A stretch of 64,000 nucleotides of DNA. Origin: Verrucomicrobiia bacterium. Its GTDB lineage: Bacteria; Verrucomicrobiota; Verrucomicrobiia; Limisphaerales; UBA1319. The number at the start of each line of letters is the position of its first letter. Positions within the stretch are counted from its first letter, which is position 1. Location of the stretch: contig OY760937.1 in NCBI GenBank assembly GCA_963664225.1, positions 4,224,001-4,288,000 of the forward strand, read 5' to 3'. The notes below the pieces were generated by a model. It was not told the origin of the DNA, ran no database searches, and saw only the letters and a list, made by a program, of their open reading frames with translations. Made by a program: the position numbers and the translations under genes. Shown piece after piece: positions 50,792-62,912 of this stretch.

Positions 50792-53700
50792 TTACGGTTT
50801 CCAGGGGGCGAGTTTCAATCTGAAGAATCGTTGAGGGACGGTTCCCAGATCGTTGGTGATGGCAAGGCTGCCGCCCGCTCCCGTAAGCGGAACGCCCAGC
50901 GGGGTCCATTGAGCAACATTCAGATCATCCTTATATTCAATCTGATAGTCCTGCCCGGCGAGCGCAGGCCAGGTCAGCGTCCAGAGGTTGCCACCCAGGA
51001 ACGCCGTTTGAAGACCCGGTGGCGGAAGGACGGTCACCTTGAAGGTCTGAAGCGCGCTCAGGCTGGGAATGCCATTGTCGGCAGCGCGTATTTCAAAGGT
51101 GCTCGTTTCCGGGGCGGAGGTCGGAGTCCAAGCAAACTGACCGCTGGCCGGATCGACGGTTGCCCCCAAGGAAGCACCTTGTTCCAGACTGAACGCGAGA
51201 GTCTGCGCCGGGAGATCGGCGTCCGTGGCAACGACGATGAAGGCGAGAGTCTGGCCCAGCGTCACCGTTTTATCGCTGATGGGCGGCATCAGAGGGGCCG
51301 CGTTGTCGAGTCGATTGGCGGCGCGCGGCGTCGGCTTGGACATGAGATTAATGGGTTCCGCCCCATCGGGATAACGCCCCTGGCTGATGTCCGGGTTTTG
51401 AGGGCCGAAGCTCACATAATCCACAGTATGGCCATCATGACCGAACAAACCGATGCTCGCGCCCGCTTTATTGAGCCTGAAATCGGCATGCAAATCCTCG
51501 GTGCCTGTCAGCGCCTTTCTGTCGGCCCATACCAGGAGAAAACCCTTGGGCTGGATGGTGTATCCGGCGGGGATCTCGAATTGCGACCAATTGGTTAAAG
51601 ATGCGGCCAGAAAGCAACCTGTCAGGTCCACTGCCTTGTCCCCGTAGTTATAGAGTTCGAACCAATCATCAAACTTGTTCGTGTCGGCTGGATTGGGAAT
51701 GGTTTTCGTGTTCGAAGCCATCCATTCATTGATCGCCACGGTCAAAGGACCGCTGACGCCGCTATTGGTTGCGCCGGGCGTGGAGAGGAAGAACGGCTGG
51801 CGGTCAAAGCTCTGCCCATCCGGAAGAGAGCCATAGGAATGATCCGGGGCCAGGTTGGTGTAATCCACGTAATCGAGGACCTGCGTCTGGCCGCTGACCG
51901 CGCGGCTTAGAGCGAGCGAGCCCGCCAGGCTGGGCAATATGAAATTAACATGCAATTCGCTGGCACTGGAAAGGTTGGTGCGGCCGTCGGCAAAGATCAC
52001 CTTGAACTCGCCGGGACTCATGGAGGCATCGGCCGGGAAAGGCCAGAGAAGCGCATTGGTGTAATTGTTGGCGAGGAACAAACCAGCCAACGGAACCGAG
52101 TTGGCGCCGGGATTATAGAGTTCGATCCATGGGGCGTGTTCCCCGGCGCTGTTCGTAATGCCGGTTAGATTATCGGCTTCCAATTCGTTGATCCACAGGG
52201 AAGGAAACGCGGGAAGGTTCGTGCGGATGGTATTCACCGCGCCGGGACTCGCAAATGCCGGGGTGAGTTTCACATTCCAGTTCCCGACCCGCCAATTGTC
52301 CTGCCGCGGATCGATGAGTTGGAGCGAACGCCCGGTGTTGCTCAAGCCATCCGGCCATGGCGCGGTATTGGAATAGTGGACCTTGGCGACCACCAGGTTG
52401 GTTGTGGCGTCGGGCTTTAGCAAAGTGAGAGTCTCGCCATTGTTTTGCAGGGAACCGGTGAATAGGTCGAAGACAGGAATACTCACGCCGTAGGCGGCGG
52501 CAAACGCTGCGCGGTCAACCGCGAGGACCAGGTAAGCACCGGGGCCGATCAACGACCCCGCCGGGAAAGTGTAGGATAATCCATTGAACCTCCATCCCGA
52601 CAAGTCGAACGCTCTGGAGGTTGAATTGTTATATAACTCCACAAATTCAGCGTTTGGAATCGTGGGCTGAACCATGATTTCGTTGATGACCACCTGTCCC
52701 ACGGGGGACGGATTGGAGCCGGAATATACGACGGACACCGTATTGCTCGCTCCAGTAACCGTTGCGCCGCGGGCGTCCACTCCAACCACCGTCAGCGTGT
52801 TGGTTCCGGTTTGGAGGGGAACGGCGGATTTCCAGCCGGAAACAGACGACCAAATGATTGGCCAGGGAACGCCGTTGAACAACAGGGCTTCCACGGCCAT
52901 GGGAGCTGTTCCGGTTATGTAAGCGACGTTATTGCTGGTAATCACCGTGGAATTGACCCCAAAGGTTCCCTGCACCTGGGCCAGTTGCGACTGGAGAAAA
53001 GTGCGGCGCTGGCTGAACCAGGTTTTGACGGGCGAAGGATCCGCAAGAGGCTGGCCATCGCACCAGGCCACGCCGTTGGCGCGCAATGACCGATACTTTG
53101 CATCCATCACAGGATTGCAGACGGCAGGGTCCAGAGGGCCGTTGATGGCATTTTGCACCGCCCGCCAGTAGGCGCGGGCGAAGGGCGGAAAGGCATACAT
53201 GCGCGTGATGGTCGGATCGTCGGCATTGAAGAGAGGGGCGGAACTTGCGGCATAGCCGCCGTTATGGAGCGGGGCCGCGAGCATCAGCCAATCCAGGTCG
53301 AACATATAGAGCTGCCATTTGCCGCCGGTGGGCAGGAAGGCGTACATGTTCTTGCCGATTTCGTGGCCGTAAGCATCGAAGTTCACAATGATGTGTTCCG
53401 CGGCGAAAATATGCATCCACTCTTCGACGTCCACCAATCCGTTGACGGCGGAAGTGTAAGGCTCGGGCGCAGTGGCATTGACGGCATCGGCCAGCGAAAA
53501 AATATTCGTGTAGTTATTCACGCGATCCGCGCCGCGCGGGAGGAAATTAAAGCGGTAGCGTTCCTCCTTCTTGGCGCCATTGGTGGTGGTGAATAATTGA
53601 AGACGAGGCGATGGATCGGCCACGAGGCTGCCGGAGTCATTGAACTCAAAGGCGCGTTCGATTTTGTAGAATTCCCCGGCGGTGTTTTTCGGGGACCATT

Positions 53701-56700
53701 CCTTGATGAAACCACCCGCTGGTTGCATGGCGGCTTCGAAGACGGCGTTACGGGCGTCGTCGGTCACACCATTGACATGCAGGCGGATCGTGTAGCGATG
53801 GCTGAAGGGCAGATTCATGCGATCGGCAATGAAGTAACCCATTTGCTCCTGCATGGCCGAGGTTTCCCCCCCATGACCGCCGGGCCAATCCAGCACGAGA
53901 TCCTGCTCGCCCAGGAACTGGTCGTCGGCGGGTGTGGTGATGGTGTATCCGCAACGGCCGCAAGTGGGGCCGCAATAGCCGGGGGCAATGTAAGGGCTGC
54001 CGGCGTAAAGAGCCTCGGTGTTGTAGATGGCCCGCGTGTTGCCCAGGACAAAGGTGACGTCGAAGGGCGAGTTATCCAGTTTGATGCGGCTGGCCCAACG
54101 GTCCATGGTGGCTTGCGTCATCCAGATGCGATACACTGGGAAATTACCGACCGGCTGTGTCTCGCCAATACGCACCAGGCACTCACGGGCGGGAGCCGTG
54201 GTGGGGAATACGCCGACAGCGGGAGATGCGGCCTTGTCGGTTGCCTGCACATAAAAGGCGATCAGTGCTCCACCAGCCTGACCGGGAATGGTGGCTGTGA
54301 AAATACCGTCCCCAGCGACTGCGTCACCGCCCGAACCGTCGTCGGTCATCGTTGCGGTGGAGTACGTGACGGTGGGATCGACCCGGTATTTTACCACAAC
54401 GGTGGAAAGACCGTCGGGATCGTTCACCCGGGCCGTGATGTGGATCGGCTCGTTCGCCGCAGGAAGAACGGGGGAATGTTTCACGTCCACAATGGCGGGC
54501 GGGGCGTTCGAGACAAAACGGCTATTGCGGGCGCCGGGTGTGCCGGGATTGGATGGGGTGGTCAACTCGGCGAGACATTCCAGCCAGTTACCGCGCAAGC
54601 GCACAAGCACTTCCGGCTGGCCTTTGAGCCAGCGGGCAGAGCCGCGAATCGTCACGTTGGCCGTGCCTGAAGCCAACGCCGTTTTCAGCGGCGTGCGCAC
54701 ACGGTTGACCTGGTTGTCCCCACGATCCACGGCACGAACATGGTAGGACTTGGTTCCAGTCCGACCTTCCGTGGTTTCCAGGCCGGAGGCGGCTTCAGTG
54801 CCCTCAGCGGTCCATCCGGTGGCGCCCGATTCAAACGTGGAATTGGCGATCAAATTGTTGCCGTTTGGATCCAACACCTGGACATCGTCGATCAGACACT
54901 CCCCGGCTCCCTCCAACAAAACCTGCAATTGATCGGCGGTCACGCTCCCGTTGTCGATGGTTCCCTTTGCGGAAAAATCGGTCCAAGGCGCCTTGGCGGA
55001 TTCGTCGCTGTCGGCCCAGTTGGGAGCCGGTTCATTATCGGACCTCGGATCGATCAATTCGAGGCTGCTGCCACCGCCGTGCGACCATTGACCCCAGCGA
55101 CCGCCGGTGCCATAGGTCACCTCATTGACCACGGGATAAATGACAGTGGTCGTCGCAATGCCGAGCAGATTCGTCGAAACAAACGCATCGGGCCGGGCCA
55201 GTGCCAGGCGTTCACCTTTTCCGGAAAGCGAACCGCCAAAATTACCCACCAGGTTGTTCGCGTTTAGATTGGGGTAATTCGTCAACATCCGGGACGCATT
55301 GCGCGCGACGACAAAATAGCCTCCGGGCGGAACGACCGCGTCATTGGGGAAGGTGAATGAGATGCCGGACACGAATTTCCAACCGCTCAGGTTCACGGTG
55401 CTGCCGCTCCGATTATACAACTCCACAAATTGATCGTCGGAATTCAGGGAGACTGGCGCATACATGATCTCGTTGATGACCAAGTCGGAGACGAGCGGCG
55501 CTTGATTATTCGTTCCAGCCGTGGGGGCGGACAGTGGACGGAAGCCGGCGGTTCCGTCAGGGGAACGGCCCGATGAAACACCGTTTTGCTGATCGGCATA
55601 ACGGACCGCATCGAGAATCCAGTTTCCGGAGGAATTCCGAAAGAGAATCAAACCGCCCGAGGCTTTCAGTGCAAAGCCGAGTTGAGCTTCATTGAGTGCG
55701 ACAAAACCGCGCGCAGGAAGCATCGTTCCCGCAGGGAAGGTCAGGTAATTAGTGTCTGAATCGTTGCTCAGGGAGCAGCCGGAAATATCGACGGGACTAA
55801 GGCTGCGGTTAAAGAGTTCCACAAAGCGGTCCGACGGTGCATCGGCATGAGCCAGGAATTCATTGATGACCACTTGTTTTTGGGGTTCGGCAGTGACGGG
55901 ATCGAGGCGTCCGGGGGATCCACCGACGGCGTCACTGGCGGCCCAGGCGAGGGAATTTCCCTCACCGAGGGATGGTTTGGCCAGTATCAGGGAATGCCCT
56001 GCGCCGTCCGCAGAGGCAGGCCATGGGGCAACCGAGTCGTAGCTGACATCTAGGAAAACACCGCCTGCGCGGCTGATCAGGCTCACGCTGCCGCTGGTGT
56101 TGGGAAGATTATTAGTGAAGGGACCAAGAACACCGGAGAGGCCGTAAACGCTTTGGACATCCTCGGGCGATCTGGCGATGACAAGGAATCCGCCACCCGC
56201 AATGACCGTTCCAGTCGGGAAGGTGTAATTGATGCTGCCGCCCAATTGATATTGGCTCAAATCCTCGGGCTCGCCCCGGGTGTTGAAAATCTCCACATAC
56301 TCCAGGCTGTTCGTGATGAACCCGAGACTGTTCGTGTGGAGAGTGCCGCGCGTATTGGCCGGATGATACATGATTTCTGAAATCACCAGGCTGGTGCGGC
56401 GGCTGGATTGACCGAGCGGTTCAAACTCGGGCACGCCGGTTGCGGATGCGCTGGTCACGGCTGAAAAATCTCTGAAGGACGCCGTGGCGAGGGTGTTGGT
56501 ATTGCGGCTGGAAACGGAAAAGCCGACATAAATGGATTGGGGCAGAGCCACGGTGCTGGCACCCAGTTGGCTCCATAGCGCGCCGTCCAGACTGGCGAAA
56601 CCAGTGAAATTATTTCCCGCGCGCTTCAGTCGCAGCCAGGTGTAGGGATAATTGACCGGAAACGAGCCGGATGCGGTTTTCGATCCATTAACCGATGCGC

Positions 56701-58303
56701 GGGATTGGAAAAACACGCCGCTGATGGATGGCGTCGCGAATACTCCGGCGCTGCGTGAGCCGGGGGTGAGATCTTCGCGCGCCAGCAGGCCTGCTTGCGC
56801 CCAGGGATCGGTCAGGCTTAAGGATTCCAAACGCACCTTGTAATCAAAATCTCCATTCCGTAATTGATGGCTGAATTGCAATTGGTCGGTGGTGCTGTTC
56901 ACGTCCGTTGAACCGCCGCCGCTGATATTGAGACCATTTCCAGCGATAACCTGATTGCCGGCAGGCAAGGAATTGCCCACAGCCTGGAGGGCATAGGAAC
57001 TGGCCACGAACTGGATTTGAGAGTTTGTGGCGATCACATTGGCCGCGGCGGATTGGTCGGTGAGGTGATTGGCCACAAGAGTGTAGAGAGCGCCTTCGGT
57101 CAACGCACTGGCAAGGTTCAGCAAAACATGATTTTGCGGGGTCTCGAGTTCGACACCAACCACCGTTAACAGGCCATTGGTTCCAGTGAGCGTGTAATTG
57201 GCGAGATTGGTGGCGGTGGCAGGGGCGATGTTCTCCGAAAAATCGACCTGGACCTGGCTCAGACCGAGGGACTGGGCATTGGTCAGCGCTGGAGGCGTCG
57301 TGTCTGCAATCACGGTCAATCTGGCCGGGTTGCTGGTGACGCTGCTGGCGGTGCCATTGGCGAGATTTGAACCGATTAACCGAAACTCCGAGGCATTATC
57401 GGAAAGAGGGGTTGCAGAAATCAGGAGAGTGGCATTGGTGGCGCCTTTTAGCAGAAGGCCATTTTTATACCATTGCACTGAAGGAGCGGGAATTCCGGCG
57501 ATGCCGACGGAGAAACTTGCTGCCGCCAGTTCGTTGACGGTGGTATCCGCAGGTTGGCTGGTGATCGCCACGGGGATTTGGGCGGCCACTTCGCCGCTGA
57601 TGGCATATATACCGGTGGAACCCGCCGGGGCCATGGCGAACGTGACGCTGGTCAAAGGATTGTTGGCAGCTCCGAGCGCCGCTTCCAGATCGATGGTTGT
57701 TTGATAAAACCGGGGATCGCTCGGACCGCCTTCCGTATGGCCGTCGCCGAGGTAAATGCGATCGACACCCTGGAGGGCAAAATCGCTGCCGTAAAACCAA
57801 TCCTGCGCATTATAGGTGGTCACGTAGGTACTGCCGTCGCTGAAATTCAAAGTCACATTGGGCGTGCCGCCGCCACTGCCCGAGTGGGCGATCAAGGCAA
57901 TCCGTTTGTAAGTGGCCGGAGTCGTCAGGGTAAGCGTACCGGAGTTCAAGCCCGTTTCACTGCTCAAGACTAGGGCGTTATTGGTGGTGAATGGTTGAAA
58001 TTGGAAAACGGTGCCGTCTCCGATTTGGCTGGTCAACGAACCATTGGCGGGCAGTCCGTAGGAGGTGCCGGGCAGGCCACTCTGGTAAAATGCCGTGCCT
58101 TCTCCTGGGTTAAACTCTTCTGCTGCAGAGTAATACGGCGGACCTGAGGCGGTATTCTCAATAACGACATCGCGATTGTAACCGGTTGCCGCAATGGGAG
58201 TCATGTTGGCGGCATTGAGACTGGCCTCCAATAAAAGCGCGATGGCGACTGCGACTTGAAGAAAACGCAATGTAAAAAGCGGAATCATAAATCTAATAAA
58301 CAT
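50792..58303 (-). CDS. Very large secreted protein: Ig-like, five lamin-tail domains and CotH kinase domain
   Basis: VISEIMY, VINEFLA, VINEIMY, VINEIMV, INELEA and INEWMA motifs, plus CotH-like VNFD...GKNMY...MFDLD. Signal peptide. Confidence 0.85.
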   Translation of the reverse strand: MFIRFMIPLFTLRFLQVAVAIALLLEASLNAANMTPIAATGYNRDVVIENTASGPPYYSAAEEFNPGEGTAFYQSGLPGTSYGLPANGSLTSQIGDGTVFQFQPFTTNNALVLSSETGLNSGTLTLTTPATYKRIALIAHSGSGGGTPNVTLNFSDGSTYVTTYNAQDWFYGSDFALQGVDRIYLGDGHTEGGPSDPRFYQTTIDLEAALGAANNPLTSVTFAMAPAGSTGIYAISGEVAAQIPVAITSQPADTTVNELAAASFSVGIAGIPAPSVQWYKNGLLLKGATNATLLISATPLSDNASEFRLIGSNLANGTASSVTSNPARLTVIADTTPPALTNAQSLGLSQVQVDFSENIAPATATNLANYTLTGTNGLLTVVGVELETPQNHVLLNLASALTEGALYTLVANHLTDQSAAANVIATNSQIQFVASSYALQAVGNSLPAGNQVIAGNGLNISGGGSTDVNSTTDQLQFSHQLRNGDFDYKVRLESLSLTDPWAQAGLLAREDLTPGSRSAGVFATPSISGVFFQSRASVNGSKTASGSFPVNYPYTWLRLKRAGNNFTGFASLDGALWSQLGASTVALPQSIYVGFSVSSRNTNTLATASFRDFSAVTSASATGVPEFEPLGQSSRRTSLVISEIMYHPANTRGTLHTNSLGFITNSLEYVEIFNTRGEPEDLSQYQLGGSINYTFPTGTVIAGGGFLVIARSPEDVQSVYGLSGVLGPFTNNLPNTSGSVSLISRAGGVFLDVSYDSVAPWPASADGAGHSLILAKPSLGEGNSLAWAASDAVGGSPGRLDPVTAEPQKQVVINEFLAHADAPSDRFVELFNRSLSPVDISGCSLSNDSDTNYLTFPAGTMLPARGFVALNEAQLGFALKASGGLILFRNSSGNWILDAVRYADQQNGVSSGRSPDGTAGFRPLSAPTAGTNNQAPLVSDLVINEIMYAPVSLNSDDQFVELYNRSGSTVNLSGWKFVSGISFTFPNDAVVPPGGYFVVARNASRMLTNYPNLNANNLVGNFGGSLSGKGERLALARPDAFVSTNLLGIATTTVIYPVVNEVTYGTGGRWGQWSHGGGSSLELIDPRSDNEPAPNWADSDESAKAPWTDFSAKGTIDNGSVTADQLQVLLEGAGECLIDDVQVLDPNGNNLIANSTFESGATGWTAEGTEAASGLETTEGRTGTKSYHVRAVDRGDNQVNRVRTPLKTALASGTANVTIRGSARWLKGQPEVLVRLRGNWLECLAELTTPSNPGTPGARNSRFVSNAPPAIVDVKHSPVLPAANEPIHITARVNDPDGLSTVVVKYRVDPTVTYSTATMTDDGSGGDAVAGDGIFTATIPGQAGGALIAFYVQATDKAASPAVGVFPTTAPARECLVRIGETQPVGNFPVYRIWMTQATMDRWASRIKLDNSPFDVTFVLGNTRAIYNTEALYAGSPYIAPGYCGPTCGRCGYTITTPADDQFLGEQDLVLDWPGGHGGETSAMQEQMGYFIADRMNLPFSHRYTIRLHVNGVTDDARNAVFEAAMQPAGGFIKEWSPKNTAGEFYKIERAFEFNDSGSLVADPSPRLQLFTTTNGAKKEERYRFNFLPRGADRVNNYTNIFSLADAVNATAPEPYTSAVNGLVDVEEWMHIFAAEHIIVNFDAYGHEIGKNMYAFLPTGGKWQLYMFDLDWLMLAAPLHNGGYAASSAPLFNADDPTITRMYAFPPFARAYWRAVQNAINGPLDPAVCNPVMDAKYRSLRANGVAWCDGQPLADPSPVKTWFSQRRTFLQSQLAQVQGTFGVNSTVITSNNVAYITGTAPMAVEALLFNGVPWPIIWSSVSGWKSAVPLQTGTNTLTVVGVDARGATVTGASNTVSVVYSGSNPSPVGQVVINEIMVQPTIPNAEFVELYNNSTSRAFDLSGWRFNGLSYTFPAGSLIGPGAYLVLAVDRAAFAAAYGVSIPVFDLFTGSLQNNGETLTLLKPDATTNLVVAKVHYSNTAPWPDGLSNTGRSLQLIDPRQDNWRVGNWNVKLTPAFASPGAVNTIRTNLPAFPSLWINELEADNLTGITNSAGEHAPWIELYNPGANSVPLAGLFLANNYTNALLWPFPADASMSPGEFKVIFADGRTNLSSASELHVNFILPSLAGSLALSRAVSGQTQVLDYVDYTNLAPDHSYGSLPDGQSFDRQPFFLSTPGATNSGVSGPLTVAINEWMASNTKTIPNPADTNKFDDWFELYNYGDKAVDLTGCFLAASLTNWSQFEIPAGYTIQPKGFLLVWADRKALTGTEDLHADFRLNKAGASIGLFGHDGHTVDYVSFGPQNPDISQGRYPDGAEPINLMSKPTPRAANRLDNAAPLMPPISDKTVTLGQTLAFIVVATDADLPAQTLAFSLEQGASLGATVDPASGQFAWTPTSAPETSTFEIRAADNGIPSLSALQTFKVTVLPPPGLQTAFLGGNLWTLTWPALAGQDYQIEYKDDLNVAQWTPLGVPLTGAGGSLAITNDLGTVPQRFFRLKLAPWKP

Positions 58304-59094
58304 AGGTCATGGCAACTGGACAATATGCTCGGCGATTGATTTGTGGATTGTAAAGAAAGAGTGACGAATTGGAAATGGCAGCCATTCAAGAACCGCTCAA
58401 ATGAGGACAATTGCATATTCGAGTTGAGATCCCCAGGAGGGGCCGCCGGAAATTACAAAAATGGTTTTTCTTCACAGGGAAAAGAAAGCGTTTTTCATGC
58501 CATTCAAATATGCGTAAACAATTCGCTAATAATATATTGCACAGTATTGAAATGGATCAAGCCCTTAAACTTCAAAGGAGAGTATAGGGCAAGGGGACAC
58601 AAATGCTTCGGTGGCGCTCCCAGCGCGCGGAAGGAAATACATCTTGCGGGGAAGTTTTTCTGCCGCGCCGACCTCTGGTGTTTCGTGCGTTGAACGAGAA
58701 ACCGGCTTGTAAAAAATCTGGATTTATACCATTCAAGTAGTCATGTCATCACATCCTGTGGGCGTGAATCGTCAGACTGACGAGACAGAAATGCAGGTGG
58801 TGTCAGACAGCATATTGTCGCGGCAGTTTGTCCAATAATGAGACAAAACGCATGCATATCCCCCCTTAAAACCCCTGTTTTGCACGATGGCAAAGCTTCT
58901 GCTATGGAGCCAATCGGATAGCCCATTTGAGAATGAAACCAACGGTCAGATCCGTCGAATCGCTGTTTTTTGTCTGGAGCGCTGCTTTCCTAAAAGGGCG
59001 GGCATTTGGGGTGGTGCGGAAACTGGAAGAGATGCAGAGCTTGTGCGGACCGCGAAATGTTGGAAGTCGAAAATGCTCAAAAGCAAGTTAAGTC

Positions 59095-59916
59095 ATGAGT
59101 GTCAACGAAACTATTTGTCTGGAGGATGCCATTGTGGGCGCTGAAACGCTTCCCAGTCGCAAGGAACTGCGCCAGCGCCGCCAGCGATCGCATGCGGGCG
59201 GCGACGCGGAAAGCGCTATGGTTGAAAAACACCTGCCTTTGGTCAGGACGATCGTTGGGCGCATTGCGGTTTCCCTCCCCTCACATGTGCTCGTTGACGA
59301 TCTTTATAGTGCGGGATTGGTGGGGTTGTTGAATGCGGTTCGTAACTTCGATCCGGCCAGCGGATCTTCCTTTGAAACTTATGCCCGCATTCGCATTCGG
59401 GGGGCGATTTTTGACGAATTGCGCCGCATGGACTGGGTGCCCCGTTCGGTTCACTCCAAGGCGCGGAAAGTGCAGGCCGCGATGCAGGAAGTGGAGCAGA
59501 AAACAGGACGCGCGGCCACTGAGGGGGAAATGGCCCTGACATTGCAAATTTCCTTGGGCGATTACCAACAGTTGCTCGATGAAATCAGGCCCGCCGCGTT
59601 TGTAAGCCTGGATGCAGTCCAGAATTCCGATGGCGAAGATGGTCCCAACTACTATGAGAATGTTGAGGATATCAGCCAGGAGAATCCGATGGACGGGACG
59701 GCGCGCAATGAAATGACGCAATTGATTGCCGGGCGGATCGAGCAATTGCCCGAGATGCAGCGCAAGGTGCTGGGACTTTATTATTTTGAAGGCCTGCGGC
59801 TGCGCGAAATAGCCGAGGCCTATGGTCTGACGGAATCGCGCATTTGCCAGATACACGTTCAGGCAATACTTTCGATCCGGGCCTATTTGAAGCAGTTCGA
59901 CACCGCAGCCAGGTGA
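59095..59916 (+). CDS. FliA/WhiG (sigma28-family) RNA polymerase sigma factor
   Basis: DDLYSAGLVGL, FETYARIRIRGAIFDELRRMDWVPRS, LYYFEGLRLREIA and TESRICQIH. Confidence 0.95.
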   Translation: MSVNETICLEDAIVGAETLPSRKELRQRRQRSHAGGDAESAMVEKHLPLVRTIVGRIAVSLPSHVLVDDLYSAGLVGLLNAVRNFDPASGSSFETYARIRIRGAIFDELRRMDWVPRSVHSKARKVQAAMQEVEQKTGRAATEGEMALTLQISLGDYQQLLDEIRPAAFVSLDAVQNSDGEDGPNYYENVEDISQENPMDGTARNEMTQLIAGRIEQLPEMQRKVLGLYYFEGLRLREIAEAYGLTESRICQIHVQAILSIRAYLKQFDTAAR

Positions 59917-60110
59917 ATGCCGCAGTGGCTTCTCTCTCGTGAGTAATTCCGGGACCGGATCACTCGGATTCGCGTTTCATGCTCCCCCGGCCATGTGATC
60001 GAAATGAATGGCCCACAGTAACTTCCATTAGCGCAATGCATTCTCCAATGCGCGCACTTCTTGACCTGACGCGGTATTTGCCTCATTTTCAATCAGCTTT
60101 AAGGATCGCT

Positions 60111-61496
60111 ATGGGATTGGATGATAAATTAATAGGGGAATTACGCGTTTTGGTTACGCCGGAACCGGTCTTGACCGCGCAGGAGGACTTGATTCCGTAT
60201 AGTTTCGACGGCACTGCGGGTCTGCGGCAGATGCCGGGCTGCGTCGTTTTTCCGCGCACGACCAAGGCCGTTTCCGAGTTGCTCCGCTGGGCGGATCGCA
60301 ACGCCGTTCCCGTGGTGACGCGCGGTTCGGGCACGGGGCTGAGCGGGGGGAGTGTTCCCACGCCGGGCTGCATTGTTTTGTGCACGGTGAAAATGGACCG
60401 TGTGCTGGAAGTGGACCGCAAGAACCTGACTTTGATGGCTGAAGTGGGTGCCACGACTCAGTCGATCTCGGATGCCGCAGGCGCTGCCGGGCTGTTTTAT
60501 CCGCCGGACCCGGGATCGATGAAGATCTCGTCCATCGGCGGGAACGTTGCTGAAAATTCCGGTGGTTTGCGGGGTTTGAAGTATGGCGTGACCCGGGACT
60601 ATGTGATGGGCATGGAAGTGGTGCTGGCCCAGGGCGAAGTGGTTTGGATGGGGAGCAAGTGTGTGAAGGATGTGGCTGGCTTCTCACTCAAGGATTTGTT
60701 TGTCGGTTCAGAAGGCACTTTGGGGGTCATCACGCGGGTGCTGCTCAAACTTATTCCCAAGCCCAAAACCAAGAAGACCATGCTGGCCGTGTTTCCTGCG
60801 ATGGACAAGGCGGCGGCAACCATCTCTGCGATCATCGAGGCGCAAATCATTCCCTGCACGCTCGAGTTTCTGGACCAGACAACGATGCGGTGCGTTGAGG
60901 ATTATGTGCATATCGGCCTGCCTCTGGACGGCGCGGCGGTGGTGTTGATGGAGACGGATGGGCATCCGGCGGTGGTGGCCGAGGAGGCCGCGCGCATGGA
61001 ACAAATCTGCCGGGACCACGGCTGCACCTCGGTTCGTGTGGCCAGGGATGACGAGGAGGCCAATCAACTGGCGAGCGCACGCAGAACGGCGTTTTCAGCG
61101 CTGGCGCGCGTGGCGCCCACGACCATTCTTGAGGATGTCACAGTACCCCGGAGCGAGCTGGCCCGGATGGTCGCTTTCATCCAAACGACAGCCATGAATT
61201 ACCGGTTGAAAGTCGGGATCTTTGGCCACATGGGGGATGGGAATCTGCATCCGACTTTTCTGACGGATGAGCGGAATCACGAGGAGATGGAGCGCGTGGA
61301 GAAGGCGTTGAAGGAGATTGTGACGGAAACCGTGCGGTTGGGCGGGACGGTCACCGGGGAACACGGTGTGGGCCTGGCCAAGAAGCCGTTTTTGAAGGAG
61401 GCGCTGGGAGAAGCCCAGTTGCGCGTGATGCGGGAATTACGTCGGGCGCTGGATCCCAAGGGGATTTTGAATCCCGGCAAGATAATGGATTTGTGA
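60111..61496 (+). CDS. glcD: Glycolate oxidase-like FAD-linked subunit
   Basis: RGSGTGLSGG, YPPDPGS, GGNVAENSGG...KYG, GSEGTLG, GHMGDGNLH, GEHGVG and LNPGK. Confidence 0.9.
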   Translation: MGLDDKLIGELRVLVTPEPVLTAQEDLIPYSFDGTAGLRQMPGCVVFPRTTKAVSELLRWADRNAVPVVTRGSGTGLSGGSVPTPGCIVLCTVKMDRVLEVDRKNLTLMAEVGATTQSISDAAGAAGLFYPPDPGSMKISSIGGNVAENSGGLRGLKYGVTRDYVMGMEVVLAQGEVVWMGSKCVKDVAGFSLKDLFVGSEGTLGVITRVLLKLIPKPKTKKTMLAVFPAMDKAAATISAIIEAQIIPCTLEFLDQTTMRCVEDYVHIGLPLDGAAVVLMETDGHPAVVAEEAARMEQICRDHGCTSVRVARDDEEANQLASARRTAFSALARVAPTTILEDVTVPRSELARMVAFIQTTAMNYRLKVGIFGHMGDGNLHPTFLTDERNHEEMERVEKALKEIVTETVRLGGTVTGEHGVGLAKKPFLKEALGEAQLRVMRELRRALDPKGILNPGKIMDL

Positions 61497-62812
61497 TGAA
61501 CACAGCCAATTCCTCGATTTCCCGATTGAAGAGTCTGGATTATTCAGTGGTGCAGCAATGCATGCATTGCGGGTTGTGTCTGCCCACGTGTCCGACCTAC
61601 ACCGCCACGAAGATGGAGCGTCACAGCCCGCGCGGGCGCATCTCGCTGGTCCGGGCCATTGCGGACGGCAGGATGGACCTCACCAAGACGTTCGCGGAGG
61701 AGATGTATTTTTGTCTCGGCTGCCTGGCGTGTACCAGCGCGTGTCCCGCCGGGGTGAACTATGCGGAAATCTTCGAAGTCGCGCGCGCCTCGGCCGAGGA
61801 GAGCGGGATTTTAAAATCGCCCAAGCGCAAGCTCATCCGCTGGTTCACGGTCAAATGGCTGTTCATGGATCTGAGGCGGCTGCTGTTCGTCGGCAAACTG
61901 ATGCGATTCTATCAGGCCCTGGGTCTGCAAAAGCTTTTGCGGGGCAGTGGTGTGATGAAGCTCATGCCCGCACGGCTTCAGGAATTGGAGTCCATGACGC
62001 CGGACATTCCGGCCAAATTCTCCGCGGGATTGATTCCGGTGATCACTCCGGCGCGCGGGAAGAAGCGTTTTCGCGTGGCGATGCTCACGGGTTGCGCACA
62101 GGACCTGATTTTCAGCGAGATCAACCGGGACACGGTCGAGGTGCTGGCGCAAAACGGTTGCGAAGTTTACACGCCCCACAATCAATCCTGCTGCGGATCG
62201 CTTCACGGTCATAATGGGGAATGGGGTCTGGCGCAGGTGCTGGCCCGGCGCAATATCGACCAGTTTCCACCGGAGGAATTCGACGCGATCATCAGTAACG
62301 CGGGCGGCTGCGGTTCGCATCTCAAGCATTACCACCAGTTTCTGGCGGACGATCCGGCGTATGCCGAACGGGCCGCGCTCTGGGATGCCAAGCTCAAGGA
62401 TGTGCATGAGTGGCTGGCGCGAACCGGTCTGACGCCGGTGCCCGCCCGCAATGCGATGGCGCAAAAGGTGACGTATCACGAGTCCTGCCATCTGGCCCAT
62501 GGCCAGAAGATCACGCTCGAGCCGCGTCAATTGCTGCGGGCCATTCCGGGCCTTGAACTGATCGAATTGCCGGAGAGCAACTGGTGCTGCGGCAGCGCGG
62601 GTATTTATAACCTGACGCAGCCGGAAATGGCCAACGCCCTGCAGGATCGGAAAATGAAGAATATTCAGAGCACGGGCGCGCCGATTGTGGCGAATGGAAA
62701 TTCCGGATGCCTGCTGCAACTGATCAACGGGGCCAAACAGCGCAACATGAAAATCCGCGTGGTTCACCCCGTGACATTGCTGGCTGAGGCGTACCGCAGA
62801 GCGGCGGTGTGA
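61496..62812 (+). CDS. glcF: Glycolate oxidase-like Fe-S subunit
   Basis: CMHCGLCLPTCP, CLGCLACTSACP and two CCG motifs. Confidence 0.9.
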   Translation: MNTANSSISRLKSLDYSVVQQCMHCGLCLPTCPTYTATKMERHSPRGRISLVRAIADGRMDLTKTFAEEMYFCLGCLACTSACPAGVNYAEIFEVARASAEESGILKSPKRKLIRWFTVKWLFMDLRRLLFVGKLMRFYQALGLQKLLRGSGVMKLMPARLQELESMTPDIPAKFSAGLIPVITPARGKKRFRVAMLTGCAQDLIFSEINRDTVEVLAQNGCEVYTPHNQSCCGSLHGHNGEWGLAQVLARRNIDQFPPEEFDAIISNAGGCGSHLKHYHQFLADDPAYAERAALWDAKLKDVHEWLARTGLTPVPARNAMAQKVTYHESCHLAHGQKITLEPRQLLRAIPGLELIELPESNWCCGSAGIYNLTQPEMANALQDRKMKNIQSTGAPIVANGNSGCLLQLINGAKQRNMKIRVVHPVTLLAEAYRRAAV

Positions 62813-62912
62813 GGTCTTTTCGGATCTCAAAAGTCTCGGCTATATAATTCGATGTCAGACCTCAGCTCACAGGTTGGATAGGTGAGCCGAACTGGGGGTG
62901 GGGCATCGCTGG

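Noticed and set aside
58343..58693. 116-aa ORF in the spacer before the sigma28 gene
   Set aside because: Atypical composition, no motifs, and it overlaps the expected promoter region of the divergent gene.
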